From positions 1-57,719 of IMG/VR virus record IMGVR_UViG_3300029309_000042: DNA of 57,719 bases; one strand, written 5' to 3'. Shown one piece after another: positions 1-9,024 of the stretch. This DNA comes from a virus. Lineage: Duplodnaviria > Caudoviricetes. Below the pieces are notes generated by a model. The model made no database searches, was not told where the DNA came from, and worked only from the letters and a program-made list of their open reading frames with translations. The first letter of the stretch is position 1. Each line of letters begins with the position of its first letter. Both the position numbers and the translations under genes were made by a program.

Positions 1-468
1 TAGTGAACACCTTGCATCTGCATTACTTTTTCAATTCCGTTTTCTATATTAGAGATGTCAGTCTTTAATCTTTTATCAGAAAAAGCAGTCACATCATTAT
101 TAAAAATCGCCGCTCCTGCACTAGACATATCAAGTGTAAGAGCAGTTATGGAAGAACCACCATCGTTACCTTTAAAAATAATATCTTTATCACTAACTTG
201 AGCATTAAAAATAACATCTGAATTTTCAATACCTATATTCATCATTGTAGTGCCATCATCTTTTATTGCTATATCACCACCACCTACATCTAGCGTAAAG
301 TCACCTGCTACATCTAAAGTTAAAGTACCATTAGGAGTTGCAATAGTTCCATTATCACCATCACTTGTTAGTGTCATATCTGTTCCTGCACCTAATTTTA
401 TTTGAGCATTATCCACAAAAGTAGCATCGTGGTTAAACGCCGCCGTTCCAGCATCTGACATATCAAGT
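1..468. repeat. Imperfect terminal direct repeat, copy 1 (matches 57252-57719)
   Basis: Near-identical at 1-150 and 330-468, divergent between. Same 468-bp length and exact ends as the last 468 bp of the window. Confidence 0.95.
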
Positions 469-1214
469 CTTAAAGCAACAACATCACTTGTGTCATCAAC
501 TCCTACAAATTCCATATCTTGATTGTTAACAGCACTTTTGATTCTAAAAAAATTTGAATTATTTTTTAACTCTCCAATGGTAGTGCCACCATCTTTGAAT
601 AATATATCTCCACCATCAGCATCTAATGTAATATCTCCAGCTACATCAAGTGTTAAGTCACCAGTGCCGTTTGTAATAGTTCCATTAGAACCGTCATGTG
701 TAATTTGTAAATCATCGTCTGCACCTATATTTAAAACAGCAGAGTCTGAATTTAAACTTAAGTCATCACCGACTTTAAGATCTACTACTGATAAAGAAGC
801 AAAAGCATCTGCAACAGCGGCTCCACTTCCTGCACCATCTAAATATACCACCTTTGCATCTCCAGGACCTATGGTTACGTTTGCACCAGACCCTTGTGAT
901 ATAATTATATTTTGTGAACCACTTGTGCCATTTTCAATTATGTGAACACGTTTCATCGTGTTAGGGGTTATGGTAATAGTACAAGCTGAGTCTAATGTAC
1001 CAGTATATTTAATGTACATAGCTCTTCCAGCATCAGTTGATCCATCTGCTATCGTTGTTGCATGAGTGTCAGCATTTGTTGTTATAGCTTCTGTGCCAAA
1101 CCCTAATGCCTCACCAATTAGTTCTAAATTTGTATTAGTTGAAGTACCCCATGTGCCTGATTCATCACCAGTGGCTATTTCTTTCAACCTTAAATTATTA
1201 GTATATTCTGGCAT
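1..1214 (-). CDS. Tail fibre/tailspike protein, N-terminal and middle part (runs off window start; C-terminal chaperone domain at window end)
   Basis: Not in the ORF track. ATG at 1214 overlaps the upstream stop (TAATG). Translates MPEYTNNLRLKEIATGDESGTWGTSTNTNLELIGEALG..., followed by beta-rich repeats and AFSDKRLKTDI, the start of an S74-type intramolecular chaperone. Confidence 0.85.
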   Translation of the reverse strand, partial: MPEYTNNLRLKEIATGDESGTWGTSTNTNLELIGEALGFGTEAITTNADTHATTIADGSTDAGRAMYIKYTGTLDSACTITITPNTMKRVHIIENGTSGSQNIIISQGSGANVTIGPGDAKVVYLDGAGSGAAVADAFASLSVVDLKVGDDLSLNSDSAVLNIGADDDLQITHDGSNGTITNGTGDLTLDVAGDITLDADGGDILFKDGGTTIGELKNNSNFFRIKSAVNNQDMEFVGVDDTSDVVALRLDMSDAGTAAFNHDATFVDNAQIKLGAGTDMTLTSDGDNGTIATPNGTLTLDVAGDFTLDVGGGDIAIKDDGTTMMNIGIENSDVIFNAQVSDKDIIFKGNDGGSSITALTLDMSSAGAAIFNNDVTAFSDKRLKTDISNIENGIEKVMQMQGVH

Positions 1215-1912
1215 TATGCTACCCTTTCAATCCAATTAGCTACTTGATCTGGTTCTATTAACCCATATACATTTTCTACACCAACAAAACCAGTTACACT
1301 AACTCCCGTTAAAGATACCACAGAATTAGCTGATATTGCAAGTGTTCCTACAGAAATAGTCCCTGCGTTACCAGTAGTAGAAAAATTACAATCACCTAAA
1401 ATTACTGCTGTGCCTATAGATCCAGTTCCAGCAACAGTAGTTGGAGAAACTGTAGCACCACCAGTCATTCCTAATGTGCCAACAGATCCAGTACCAACAT
1501 TCGTGGTTACGGAGGCTCCAGCTCCCGCACCAACTACAACTGTTCCCACAGCAGTAGTTCCAACATTTGTTGTTACTGATAAATTTGATGCTCCTTTTAT
1601 AGTTACAGAGCCGACTGCCGTTGTTCCAACGACTGTTGTAACTGGTGCTCCAGTATTTTCTATAACTGTACTAGTGCCAATAGAACCAGTGCCAACTACA
1701 CCAGTTACAGATATTACTGCTGTTCCAGTGACTGCTTCATCACCAATATTTACTGATCCAGTAAGACCAGTTTCAGTGACTAAAGCTCCACCTCCGCCTA
1801 GAGCATCTCCTATTGCACCTGTACTTTCGAGTCCAGTAACTGCAAAAGAAACATTATCAATGCCACCCCAGCCACCAGAACCCCAAGTTCCTGCTCCCCA
1901 AGCGTTAGCCAT
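1214..1912 (-). CDS. Virion structural protein with Thr/Gly/Val-rich repeats
   Basis: N-terminal WGxGTWGxGxWG motif and repeated TGSVG/TTAVG units, in the structural module. Confidence 0.65.
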   Translation of the reverse strand: MANAWGAGTWGSGGWGGIDNVSFAVTGLESTGAIGDALGGGGALVTETGLTGSVNIGDEAVTGTAVISVTGVVGTGSIGTSTVIENTGAPVTTVVGTTAVGSVTIKGASNLSVTTNVGTTAVGTVVVGAGAGASVTTNVGTGSVGTLGMTGGATVSPTTVAGTGSIGTAVILGDCNFSTTGNAGTISVGTLAISANSVVSLTGVSVTGFVGVENVYGLIEPDQVANWIERVA

Positions 1913-1923
1913 AAGGGTTTACC

Positions 1924-2391
1924 TTACGCTATACGAATTATAGCATTTGAAGCGTCAGCAGTAGGGAACTGTATTGTAAAAGTTCCAGATGTAGACGTTT
2001 TGTTAGATGTAAAATCTAATACACATACTGCTTTGTTAGAAGCAGAACTATTATAAATTAAAGCTCCCATTGCAGTAATTGTTGCAGTTGTAAAACTTAA
2101 ATCAGCAAAATCAGTAAAAGCAGTTGCAGTAGAAGTAGAAGTAGCAACAGATGGATCTACCCTTGTTAAACTAGCTCCACCAGTTGTATACGAACCACTA
2201 GAAGTTACTTCGCCAGTTGTAACAAGTGCAGTTGTTCCAAAACCTAAAGTAGCAGTTGTAGACGATTTTGCTCCAGTTCCTTCTGCAAAAAGTGCTAATT
2301 TAAAATCATTACCACCAGAATTTTTAAAATTGTGTACCCCCTCCAACAACTCTTTTTTGAAAGAATTACACATTGCTTGTGCTATAGCCAT
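1924..2391 (-). CDS. Conserved virion structural protein
   Basis: MAIAQAMCNSFKKELLEGVHNF...FTIQFPTADASNAIIRIA, a recurrent marine podophage structural protein. Confidence 0.7.
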   Translation of the reverse strand: MAIAQAMCNSFKKELLEGVHNFKNSGGNDFKLALFAEGTGAKSSTTATLGFGTTALVTTGEVTSSGSYTTGGASLTRVDPSVATSTSTATAFTDFADLSFTTATITAMGALIYNSSASNKAVCVLDFTSNKTSTSGTFTIQFPTADASNAIIRIA

Positions 2392-2392
2392 A

Positions 2393-2680
2393 TTAGAGTC
2401 TCCTTATATATTCAGCCATTTCCTTTTGACCATTAGATCTTAATATGTGAACTATACTAGCTCGTTCTTCTCTCCTTGCCAAGAGTAAATAATTGTATAC
2501 TACTTTTTTAAGATGCTCCCTAAATTGTTTAGCTTGTTGTCTAATATGTGGTGGTGCTTGATCTGATATTGTAACTATCTTATCTACACATAAATCGGCT
2601 ACTTGCTCATTAGTTAACCCTCCATCATGTGAAGTATGAACATTAACACTACCGACTTCAGAAACATTTACATTAAACAT
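2393..2680 (-). CDS. Conserved hypothetical phage protein
   Basis: ORF in operon; likely start MFNVN. Confidence 0.6.
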   Translation of the reverse strand: MFNVNVSEVGSVNVHTSHDGGLTNEQVADLCVDKIVTISDQAPPHIRQQAKQFREHLKKVVYNYLLLARREERASIVHILRSNGQKEMAEYIRRL

Positions 2681-3395
2681 TTTTATTCTCCTCATAAGTT
2701 ATCCCGGGAAGATCATCTCTTCCTATAATATTAGGTGAAGCATCCAAAGGCTCTGGCGGTTCTAACTTGGATTTTCTAGTTATTAACATTTCACCTTGTG
2801 TTGTTGTTGTTACAAGAGGGTCATCAAGTCTATGGTATCCATACAATTTTTGGTCATCAGGTATGTTCATATCAAGCAAAGAGGAACTGTGAGCTATATG
2901 TATTTTAATCTTTTTTGATATTGCTATCGCTAACCAAAATTCACAACAAGCTTTCCCAGCCTCAGCAAAATTTATAGCTTTATGTGTATAATCAAGACCA
3001 TACAAATGTAAATTTGTTACTCCTTGTGATATAGCGTAAGCAATGGCATACGGAACAGTATTATTAAAATAAGCGTATCCAGTTTTTTGTATAACTTCTT
3101 GCAATGGGTACTCAACAACGTCTGGGCATCTTTTATCTAGAGTGCAAGAAAATATAGGGACGTCTAATTTAGTAGTCAGCCTTTCAGCCATTATGTTTGT
3201 TTGTTTTCCAGCATTTGGTGTATCTAAAAACCTAGATGGTGGATCCATCATAAAACACTTATCATGAAATATTACACCCGACATAGAGTTTATAGCCCAT
3301 GTTTCATCAAACTTCTCACTTCTTATAGAAGCAAGAATATATTCACTACAGGTATTGCCTAAACCGACAATAGCTACGCTCTTAATTTTACTCAT
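2673..3395 (-). CDS. Hypothetical protein, possible Rossmann-like sialyltransferase/MAF-like fold
   Basis: VAIVGLG...WAIN...YAIAYAI...LHLYGLDY pattern. Confidence 0.4.
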   Translation of the reverse strand: MSKIKSVAIVGLGNTCSEYILASIRSEKFDETWAINSMSGVIFHDKCFMMDPPSRFLDTPNAGKQTNIMAERLTTKLDVPIFSCTLDKRCPDVVEYPLQEVIQKTGYAYFNNTVPYAIAYAISQGVTNLHLYGLDYTHKAINFAEAGKACCEFWLAIAISKKIKIHIAHSSSLLDMNIPDDQKLYGYHRLDDPLVTTTTQGEMLITRKSKLEPPEPLDASPNIIGRDDLPGITYEENKNV

Positions 3396-4036
3396 GTTTG
3401 TCTTTGTCTAACCAAACCTTCTCGATAAGAATCAGAATAATTTCTACCTTCTGCATAGTTCTTTAATCGTGCGATAGACTCTAAATATCTACCGTTGTAT
3501 AAAGTCAACAAATCTTGTTCCCCTTTCATAAAAGTGTATGCCTCTACTAATGTACCATATAGTAAAGCATCTGGGGCATTTGTACTAATCCATGTCGTTC
3601 CACTATCATCTGTAGTAAGAGAAGCTGGTCTATAATAGTAATGTAATTCTACTGCAAAATCTGCATTTGGAGTGGGTGCTAATATAAAATTGTTTACATC
3701 AAACTGTGCATAATATTTAGGTGTGCCAGTTACTGTAGGATCTGGGTGAAACTCTTGTATAAAGTTAACATCTTTTTGTAATAGAAAAATATTACTACCA
3801 CTACTAATAAGAGATAATGAAAAAGTAGCCATGTAATCCTCTGGTTTTTGTAAAAATTTATTACCAGAAGTAGCTGTTCCTTCAACATTTTTTCTAAAAT
3901 AATCAAGGTCAACCGTTTTAAAAATGCGTTCTTCTGCGTTTTTAATAAAAAAATCTAACTCATTTACAAAAGTAGACTCATCATTTTCTGTCCAGTCTTG
4001 AACAGATTGTTTTAATGTAGTTAATGTAAAGCTCAT
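3392..4036 (-). CDS. Head-tail adaptor / tail tubular protein-like
   Basis: NAEERI...GTPKYYA...LAPTP...PDALLYGTLVEA motifs typical of podophage adaptor proteins. Confidence 0.7.
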   Translation of the reverse strand: MSFTLTTLKQSVQDWTENDESTFVNELDFFIKNAEERIFKTVDLDYFRKNVEGTATSGNKFLQKPEDYMATFSLSLISSGSNIFLLQKDVNFIQEFHPDPTVTGTPKYYAQFDVNNFILAPTPNADFAVELHYYYRPASLTTDDSGTTWISTNAPDALLYGTLVEAYTFMKGEQDLLTLYNGRYLESIARLKNYAEGRNYSDSYREGLVRQRQT

Positions 4037-4350
4037 GATACGCTCACTGTTACAGTTCCTAATGAAGCCGTAGCACTAAAACTTGAAAGTTCTGTACCTA
4101 ATATGCCTTTATCAGTATTAGTATAAACAATAAATTTTCTGTTATCATCTATTTCTTGTGGTCTAGGCTGATATAAAGCTTGTGGTTCAAAAGGTGGTTT
4201 TCTAGGTGTAAGTTGTGGATGCTTTCTTTCATATTCTGATCTATGAACTAAGTTACCATTCCACTCCATAACTCTTTCGCGATAAGGAAAAGCAAAACCT
4301 GACCGATCTGATATAAACTTAGATTTTTTTCCTAATGCGTATCTGCTCAT
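4033..4350 (-). CDS. Conserved virion-associated protein
   Basis: ISDRSGFAFPY...EWNG...KHPQL motif; ATGA overlaps with neighbours. Confidence 0.6.
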   Translation of the reverse strand: MSRYALGKKSKFISDRSGFAFPYRERVMEWNGNLVHRSEYERKHPQLTPRKPPFEPQALYQPRPQEIDDNRKFIVYTNTDKGILGTELSSFSATASLGTVTVSVS

Positions 4351-5015
4351 ACAAAACCATAATATGTACTACTTGGGGTTAATGATAAATTAGAACGGTC
4401 GCGATCCTCCGCAGAAGCCCTTTCAAACTCTTCTTCATACATAGCTTTTAATAACTGTACTCTATCTGGTGCTTTTTTCATGGCTAAATAATATGCCAAT
4501 CCAGCAGTCAGACAAGGGTAAAACCTAAAAGGTATTTCTAGAGTATCCTTTGCTGTATCTGCATCTTGTATTCTTGTTAAGGCATCGTATACAAAAACAT
4601 CTGTACTGTTTTCTGGTGTAGACCATAACTTTAATTTTGGTGTTATTTGTCTATCCAAAAAATACTGGCTTGGTCTGCCAGTTTGTGATTTAGTTGGTAT
4701 GTTTAAATATTGGTCACGACCTATTCTACTTATAGTAAAATCCGTACTTCCACGCCTTACAACAGCATTTAGTACATCTATAAGATCGGTAGCCAAATCA
4801 TACTCAGCAGTACCTGAAGTTAAAGTTTGTGTGCGTTGTTCTATTGTCCATTGATTCAATCCTCTATTAGCCCAATCAGCAAGTAATATATTCATAGATC
4901 TTCGTGCTGTTTGTAGATCATAACCAGTGCGAACTTCTAAGCCACAACGCTCAAAAGCTTCTTCTATGTACTCAGCTACATCAAGCTCAAAATTTGTAGA
5001 GGATGAAGTTGTCAT
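4347..5015 (-). CDS. Head-tail connector / adaptor protein
   Basis: IEEAFERCG...GYDLQTARRSMN...WANRGLN...PFRFYPCL...GLAYYL family motifs. Confidence 0.7.
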   Translation of the reverse strand: MTTSSSTNFELDVAEYIEEAFERCGLEVRTGYDLQTARRSMNILLADWANRGLNQWTIEQRTQTLTSGTAEYDLATDLIDVLNAVVRRGSTDFTISRIGRDQYLNIPTKSQTGRPSQYFLDRQITPKLKLWSTPENSTDVFVYDALTRIQDADTAKDTLEIPFRFYPCLTAGLAYYLAMKKAPDRVQLLKAMYEEEFERASAEDRDRSNLSLTPSSTYYGFV

Positions 5016-5179
5016 TAACTATATGGACCTTTAACTACTTTGCCACCGTTAGCGAAGCTTTTCTTTTTCATAGCACCACCACCTACAGCAAAACTTTTCT
5101 TTTTCATAGCACCACCACCCATCATTTTTTCTTTATCGCCAGTAGCACCACCCATAGCATAGCTTTTTTTCTTCATCAT
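5015..5179 (-). CDS. Small basic repeat protein (54 aa, KKKS[FY]AxGG x3)
   Basis: Translated by hand: MMKKKSYAMGGATGDKEKMMGGGAMKKKSFAVGGGAMKKKSFANGGKVVKGPYS; AAGGAG RBS; translationally coupled at both ends. Confidence 0.7.
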   Translation of the reverse strand: MMKKKSYAMGGATGDKEKMMGGGAMKKKSFAVGGGAMKKKSFANGGKVVKGPYS

Positions 5180-5853
5180 TCTTTATTCTCCTTATAAAGA
5201 TTATTAAATGTTACATCAGGATCCATATATTGTTCATGTTCCTCTGCATTATGAGTCCATTGACTCGGTTTAAAATCGGGAGCTCCCTCTCCAGTTTCCC
5301 AGAGTGCAGGGGAAGTTACTCTTACCCTGTTGTTTGGCAAGGCAACTATGTTACCTGTCCAGTTGTCCGCCTTGATTAATTGAATAACATGACTCTGCTT
5401 ATGCTGAGCTGGGTCATCCGATAAATCAGACTGACTGTAATCTATTGTAAATAAATATTTACCGATATGCAACTTATTATCTATTTTACATATCCATGGA
5501 CTAACACTCACATAATCTAGCTTAACTACACTATGGTAATGAGAACTACAGTCCCAAGGTTGTGCAAACCGAGGGTGCATTATATCTGGCATAGTGTCAA
5601 GTGGTATATCAGCTACTAATGATGTCAATGGCATTCTAGCCCACATAGCACCACCATGTACATTTGGCTCTTTAGTACCATCAACTTCGCAACCAGTAAA
5701 AACTACTTGAAAACCTAATGTTCTATCAGGCATTGTTGTAACAGCAAAAGCGTGAGCATGAATAAATTCACCTCTATACTTTTCATGATTATGAGTAAAC
5801 TCTTTACGCACCCAACATTTAAAAAATGGGATATTACTAACTAAATAAGGCAT
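5176..5853 (-). CDS. Conserved hypothetical phage protein
   Basis: MPYLVSNIP...GGAMWARMP...QHKQSHV...ALPNNRVR; common in marine podophages. Confidence 0.7.
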   Translation of the reverse strand: MPYLVSNIPFFKCWVRKEFTHNHEKYRGEFIHAHAFAVTTMPDRTLGFQVVFTGCEVDGTKEPNVHGGAMWARMPLTSLVADIPLDTMPDIMHPRFAQPWDCSSHYHSVVKLDYVSVSPWICKIDNKLHIGKYLFTIDYSQSDLSDDPAQHKQSHVIQLIKADNWTGNIVALPNNRVRVTSPALWETGEGAPDFKPSQWTHNAEEHEQYMDPDVTFNNLYKENKE

Positions 5854-6125
5854 TAGGATTTTTTCTTTGCAGTTGTTTTCTTTTTAGGTTTTTTACCTTT
5901 ACCAAAAATATGTGCATCTACTTTCGCCGCTTTACCTCCAGTTAGCACAGAGTTAACACGAGCCATAGCCCATTGGTTTGGGGTAGTTCCAGGACGGTGT
6001 CCCGTTTTATAAGCCGCGAGTCCTTTGTTGTAGACTTGTCTTAACTGTCCCGCTGTGACTTTTTTACCTTTAGCTCTAGCTTTTTTTGCTTTTTCAGCTA
6101 AGGTCTTACTTACGTTTGCTGACAC
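5853..6125 (-). CDS. Small basic protein (GHRPG...WAMARVN family)
   Basis: Lys-rich ORF with GLAAYKTGHRPG motif. Confidence 0.6.
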   Translation of the reverse strand: MSANVSKTLAEKAKKARAKGKKVTAGQLRQVYNKGLAAYKTGHRPGTTPNQWAMARVNSVLTGGKAAKVDAHIFGKGKKPKKKTTAKKKS

Positions 6126-6243
6126 GTTTTTTCCTCCTCTTGCTTGGCATTAGTCCTTTATTAACTGCTCTAGCTCTTTCACTAAAGCCTAGTTTTTTAC
6201 CACTGTTAAGCTTTTTTCTTATTGTTTCTAGTTTTGCTACCAT
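6106..6243 (-). CDS. Small basic protein (45 aa)
   Basis: Hand translation MVAKLETIRKKLNSGKKLGFSERARAVNKGLMPSKRRKKRVSKRK. Confidence 0.5.
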   Translation of the reverse strand: MVAKLETIRKKLNSGKKLGFSERARAVNKGLMPSKRRKKRVSKRK

Positions 6244-6352
6244 TTTTCTTTTTCATAGTTGCACCTTTAATAATATCACCACGAGTAATTTTATTAAAAG
6301 GTGCTGTTAGTGAAGCTAACTTTTTTTGTTTAGGTGTTAGTTTTTTCTTCAT
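6206..6352 (-). CDS. Small basic protein (48 aa)
   Basis: Hand translation MKKKLTPKQKKLASLTAPFNKITRGDIIKG...; ATGA overlap with upstream gene. Confidence 0.55.
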   Translation of the reverse strand: MKKKLTPKQKKLASLTAPFNKITRGDIIKGATMKKKNGSKTRNNKKKA

Positions 6353-6627
6353 TTCTTTTTACCTCCATACATTTTTCTAAATCGTTTAGTGTACACAGAC
6401 TCTTTTGTTTTTCTGCGTTTACCTTTTTTATCAAAATCTGTACTAAATTTATAAGCAGATGGATCATTATCCGCTTTGGGTGCATTACGTTGTATCTCTT
6501 TACGTCTTTTAACTTTTTCTGTAGAGGATAAACCTTTTAAATATTTTGGAGGTATTTTACGTTTAGTTTTCTTTTTGGCAGGAGGCTTACTTATTTGTTT
6601 TGACATTTGTCCTCTTGTTATAGCCAT
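6349..6627 (-). CDS. Small basic protein
   Basis: Likely start MAITRGQMSKQI; Lys/Arg-rich. Confidence 0.6.
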   Translation of the reverse strand: MAITRGQMSKQISKPPAKKKTKRKIPPKYLKGLSSTEKVKRRKEIQRNAPKADNDPSAYKFSTDFDKKGKRRKTKESVYTKRFRKMYGGKKK

Positions 6628-6785
6628 TTGAATATCTCCGGAACAAAGGCAGAGGCTATTATCAATACACCTAACCCCCACAGTTTTGTATCAAACCTAT
6701 CAAGTTGTTGTTCAATACGTTTGTATCTATCAGCACATTCTGACTCGTGCTTTTCAAGTAATTTTAAAACTTCATCTGCTTTCAT
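6618..6785 (-). CDS. Small coiled-coil protein with C-terminal TM helix
   Basis: Hand translation MKADEVLKLLEKHESECADRYKRIEQQLDRFDTKLWGLGVLIIASAFVPEIFKWL. Confidence 0.6.
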   Translation of the reverse strand: MKADEVLKLLEKHESECADRYKRIEQQLDRFDTKLWGLGVLIIASAFVPEIFKWL

Positions 6786-7069
6786 TACCAAGCCTTACAA
6801 GACCAATATCTAGCAGTAAATTTATCCTTTGCAGTATCACATCTATGACGTGCTCTAAAAGATTTTCTGCGTCCTGGCTGATCTTTTTTTATGGACATAT
6901 TAGGGTCACCAAATCGGACTAATTTTATTTGTGTTCCTTTTTTTGCTAATACAGCAGATTTTTTAGGACCTCCAGGAGTTTTCTTAGGTTTATTAAATCC
7001 AGGAAAAGTTTCCCCTCGGTAAGTAATTTTACCTGAGGGGGTTCTTTTTACGTCCTTAGTAGTAGCCAT
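6785..7069 (-). CDS. Conserved basic phage protein
   Basis: FPGFNKPK...VRFGDP...RKSFRARHRC...YWSCKAW motif. Confidence 0.7.
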   Translation of the reverse strand: MATTKDVKRTPSGKITYRGETFPGFNKPKKTPGGPKKSAVLAKKGTQIKLVRFGDPNMSIKKDQPGRRKSFRARHRCDTAKDKFTARYWSCKAW

Positions 7070-7473
7070 TAACTATACTCTTTTTTGACTTGTAGTATCA
7101 CAGTGTATGTATCAGCACTAGAATGCCCTACTGTGGTAAATTGTATATCACCAGTTTTACCTGATCCTGCATTATTTGGTAATCCTCCAAATATTGAGTA
7201 ATCATGATAACCACTTTGGTTTTCACCTAATTCAATACAAAACACATCACTAGTTGCGTCAAACAAAATTTTCACCTTCATACCGTTACATTGCCACCAT
7301 ATTTTTTCTATAGTGGCTCCAGTACAAGCTTGACCAAGAGAATTATTAGATAAGGCACTTACATCTACCTTTGTAACAGCACTTTCACCAGTGCCGTCTG
7401 ACACGTTTGTGAATTTTAATACTGCCTTGCTACTACCATCTATGATAGTTTGTGAGGTTACTGCATCTGCCAT
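7069..7473 (-). CDS. Virion structural protein
   Basis: MADAVTSQTIIDG...FTNVSDGTGES; beta-rich, downstream of the capsid gene. Confidence 0.6.
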   Translation of the reverse strand: MADAVTSQTIIDGSSKAVLKFTNVSDGTGESAVTKVDVSALSNNSLGQACTGATIEKIWWQCNGMKVKILFDATSDVFCIELGENQSGYHDYSIFGGLPNNAGSGKTGDIQFTTVGHSSADTYTVILQVKKEYS

Positions 7474-7485
7474 ATAATCCTCCTA

Positions 7486-7992
7486 TTATTGATCAGCAAA
7501 AGCTGGAGCGGTCGCTGATGTTACATTACCAAATATTTGGTAATTAGTTGTGTTCAAACCGATTATAGTAATATCAAATCCAGCAGGAACGTTTAATTGT
7601 ATACTACTGTTTGAGTTTCCATCAGAAAAAACAGAACTTACTTCATTGTCAGAATCTAAAAATGTAACACCACCAATATAAAAATTTGTATTTCCTGGAG
7701 TTACTATAATGGCATCTGTTCCATCAGCGGCTCCACCAGCATAAACAAATCTAAATATTGATCCAGCTATTGGTGCTGGAAGTGTGTATGTATTGTCTTG
7801 ACTTCCATCTGGAACAAGTAAAATTCTACCACTATGAGTAGCATTTGTAAGTGTAACGTCACCATCAGATAAACTTACTGGACCGTCACCTAAAGTAATA
7901 ACTTCTGTAATTGTTCCAGTTGAAGCATTCTTACTGATTGTTTTCATTGTAGTTTCAGATCTTAAGGGACCTGTAAAAGTTGTATTAGCCAT
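7486..7992 (-). CDS. Virion structural (head decoration-like) protein
   Basis: MANTTFTGPLRS N-terminus; immediately downstream of the capsid gene. Confidence 0.6.
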   Translation of the reverse strand: MANTTFTGPLRSETTMKTISKNASTGTITEVITLGDGPVSLSDGDVTLTNATHSGRILLVPDGSQDNTYTLPAPIAGSIFRFVYAGGAADGTDAIIVTPGNTNFYIGGVTFLDSDNEVSSVFSDGNSNSSIQLNVPAGFDITIIGLNTTNYQIFGNVTSATAPAFADQ

Positions 7993-8054
7993 ATTAATCT
8001 CCTTGTCTTGGCTTTGTCGGGTATATTCCCGTCAAGGTATTAAAACTATAACAT

Positions 8055-8081
8055 AAAAAAAGAGCGACTGTAAAGTCGCTC
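8055..8081 (-). terminator. Intrinsic terminator after the major capsid gene
   Basis: 8-bp stem GAGCGACT/AGTCGCTC followed by T7 on the minus strand. Confidence 0.8.
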
Positions 8082-8106
8082 CTTAGTCTCCAAGGGGATC
8101 CTTGAA

Positions 8107-9015
8107 TTAAGCTCCTGGAGAGCCAAATACACAACGAGGGTCTGATACACCAAAGCTGTATCTTTCTCTTGCTTTATATCTAACATTACCAGTATCAAAA
8201 TCGCCTTCCATTGATGTTGCAATACCAGCTCTTTCAAAATGTTTAAAACCATTTGGTGAGTCTGTTTTAATGAAAAATGCGTCTGTATCTGTTAGGAAGT
8301 GGTTAACCACATAACCATCAGGTAACATACCCATATTTCTATGTGCATTGACATCATTGTCAGCAGTTCCTGGACGTAAGTTACTCGCCATTAATCTTTC
8401 AGCTACAAACTGTAAGTTTACTGGAATAATTAATTTACGACCCATCAAAGCTATTCTCATACCCCTTTCATCTGTAAATCCGGAGATATCAATTAGAGAT
8501 TGCTCTAATGATGTTTCATTCAAGTCAGCCGCAGTTGATAACTCGTTTCTGAAAGTACCACCACCTGAAGTTGGATGATCTGTAGCACAAAGCTCCTTAC
8601 CATCACCAAAAGTGAAACCACTATCAAAAGCGTTGTTTAAAATACTCGCCGCTTTGACTTGTTTTGTGTTGGACATAGATCTTGCTAACGCTCTTGTGTA
8701 TCTACTAGAAAGTCTATCATAAAGATTATCTTCTATAGCCTCTTCAGTAATAGCAAAAGCCAAAGCTATTGTTTCATGGGTATATCTAGCAGTGAATGAT
8801 TCATTCGCAGTATCAAAGGAAACCGCCGCTCCCTCTGCTTTTTCTGGTGCAGTACCAAACCCTACTAACATTACCTCTTCTTCAAAAGCTCTGTCAGAAG
8901 TTTCTGTCTCAAATATTTCGGCATGTTCGTTTTCATACCTGTCGTACTCCATGCCAAATAGAGCGTTCAATCCTGGCTCTAATTCCTTAAGGAGTTGTGA
9001 TCTTGCAATAGCCAT
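8107..9015 (-). CDS. Major capsid protein
   Basis: MAIARSQLLKELEPGLNALFG...ARYTHETIALAF...KARERYSFGVSDPR, a characteristic marine podophage HK97-fold MCP. Confidence 0.9.
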   Translation of the reverse strand: MAIARSQLLKELEPGLNALFGMEYDRYENEHAEIFETETSDRAFEEEVMLVGFGTAPEKAEGAAVSFDTANESFTARYTHETIALAFAITEEAIEDNLYDRLSSRYTRALARSMSNTKQVKAASILNNAFDSGFTFGDGKELCATDHPTSGGGTFRNELSTAADLNETSLEQSLIDISGFTDERGMRIALMGRKLIIPVNLQFVAERLMASNLRPGTADNDVNAHRNMGMLPDGYVVNHFLTDTDAFFIKTDSPNGFKHFERAGIATSMEGDFDTGNVRYKARERYSFGVSDPRCVFGSPGA

Positions 9016-9024
9016 TATACCCTC

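Noticed and set aside
1-468. Diversity-generating retroelement TR/VR or shufflon explanation for the tail-fibre repeat
   Set aside because: Differences are not adenine-specific, and no reverse transcriptase or invertase gene is recognisable.
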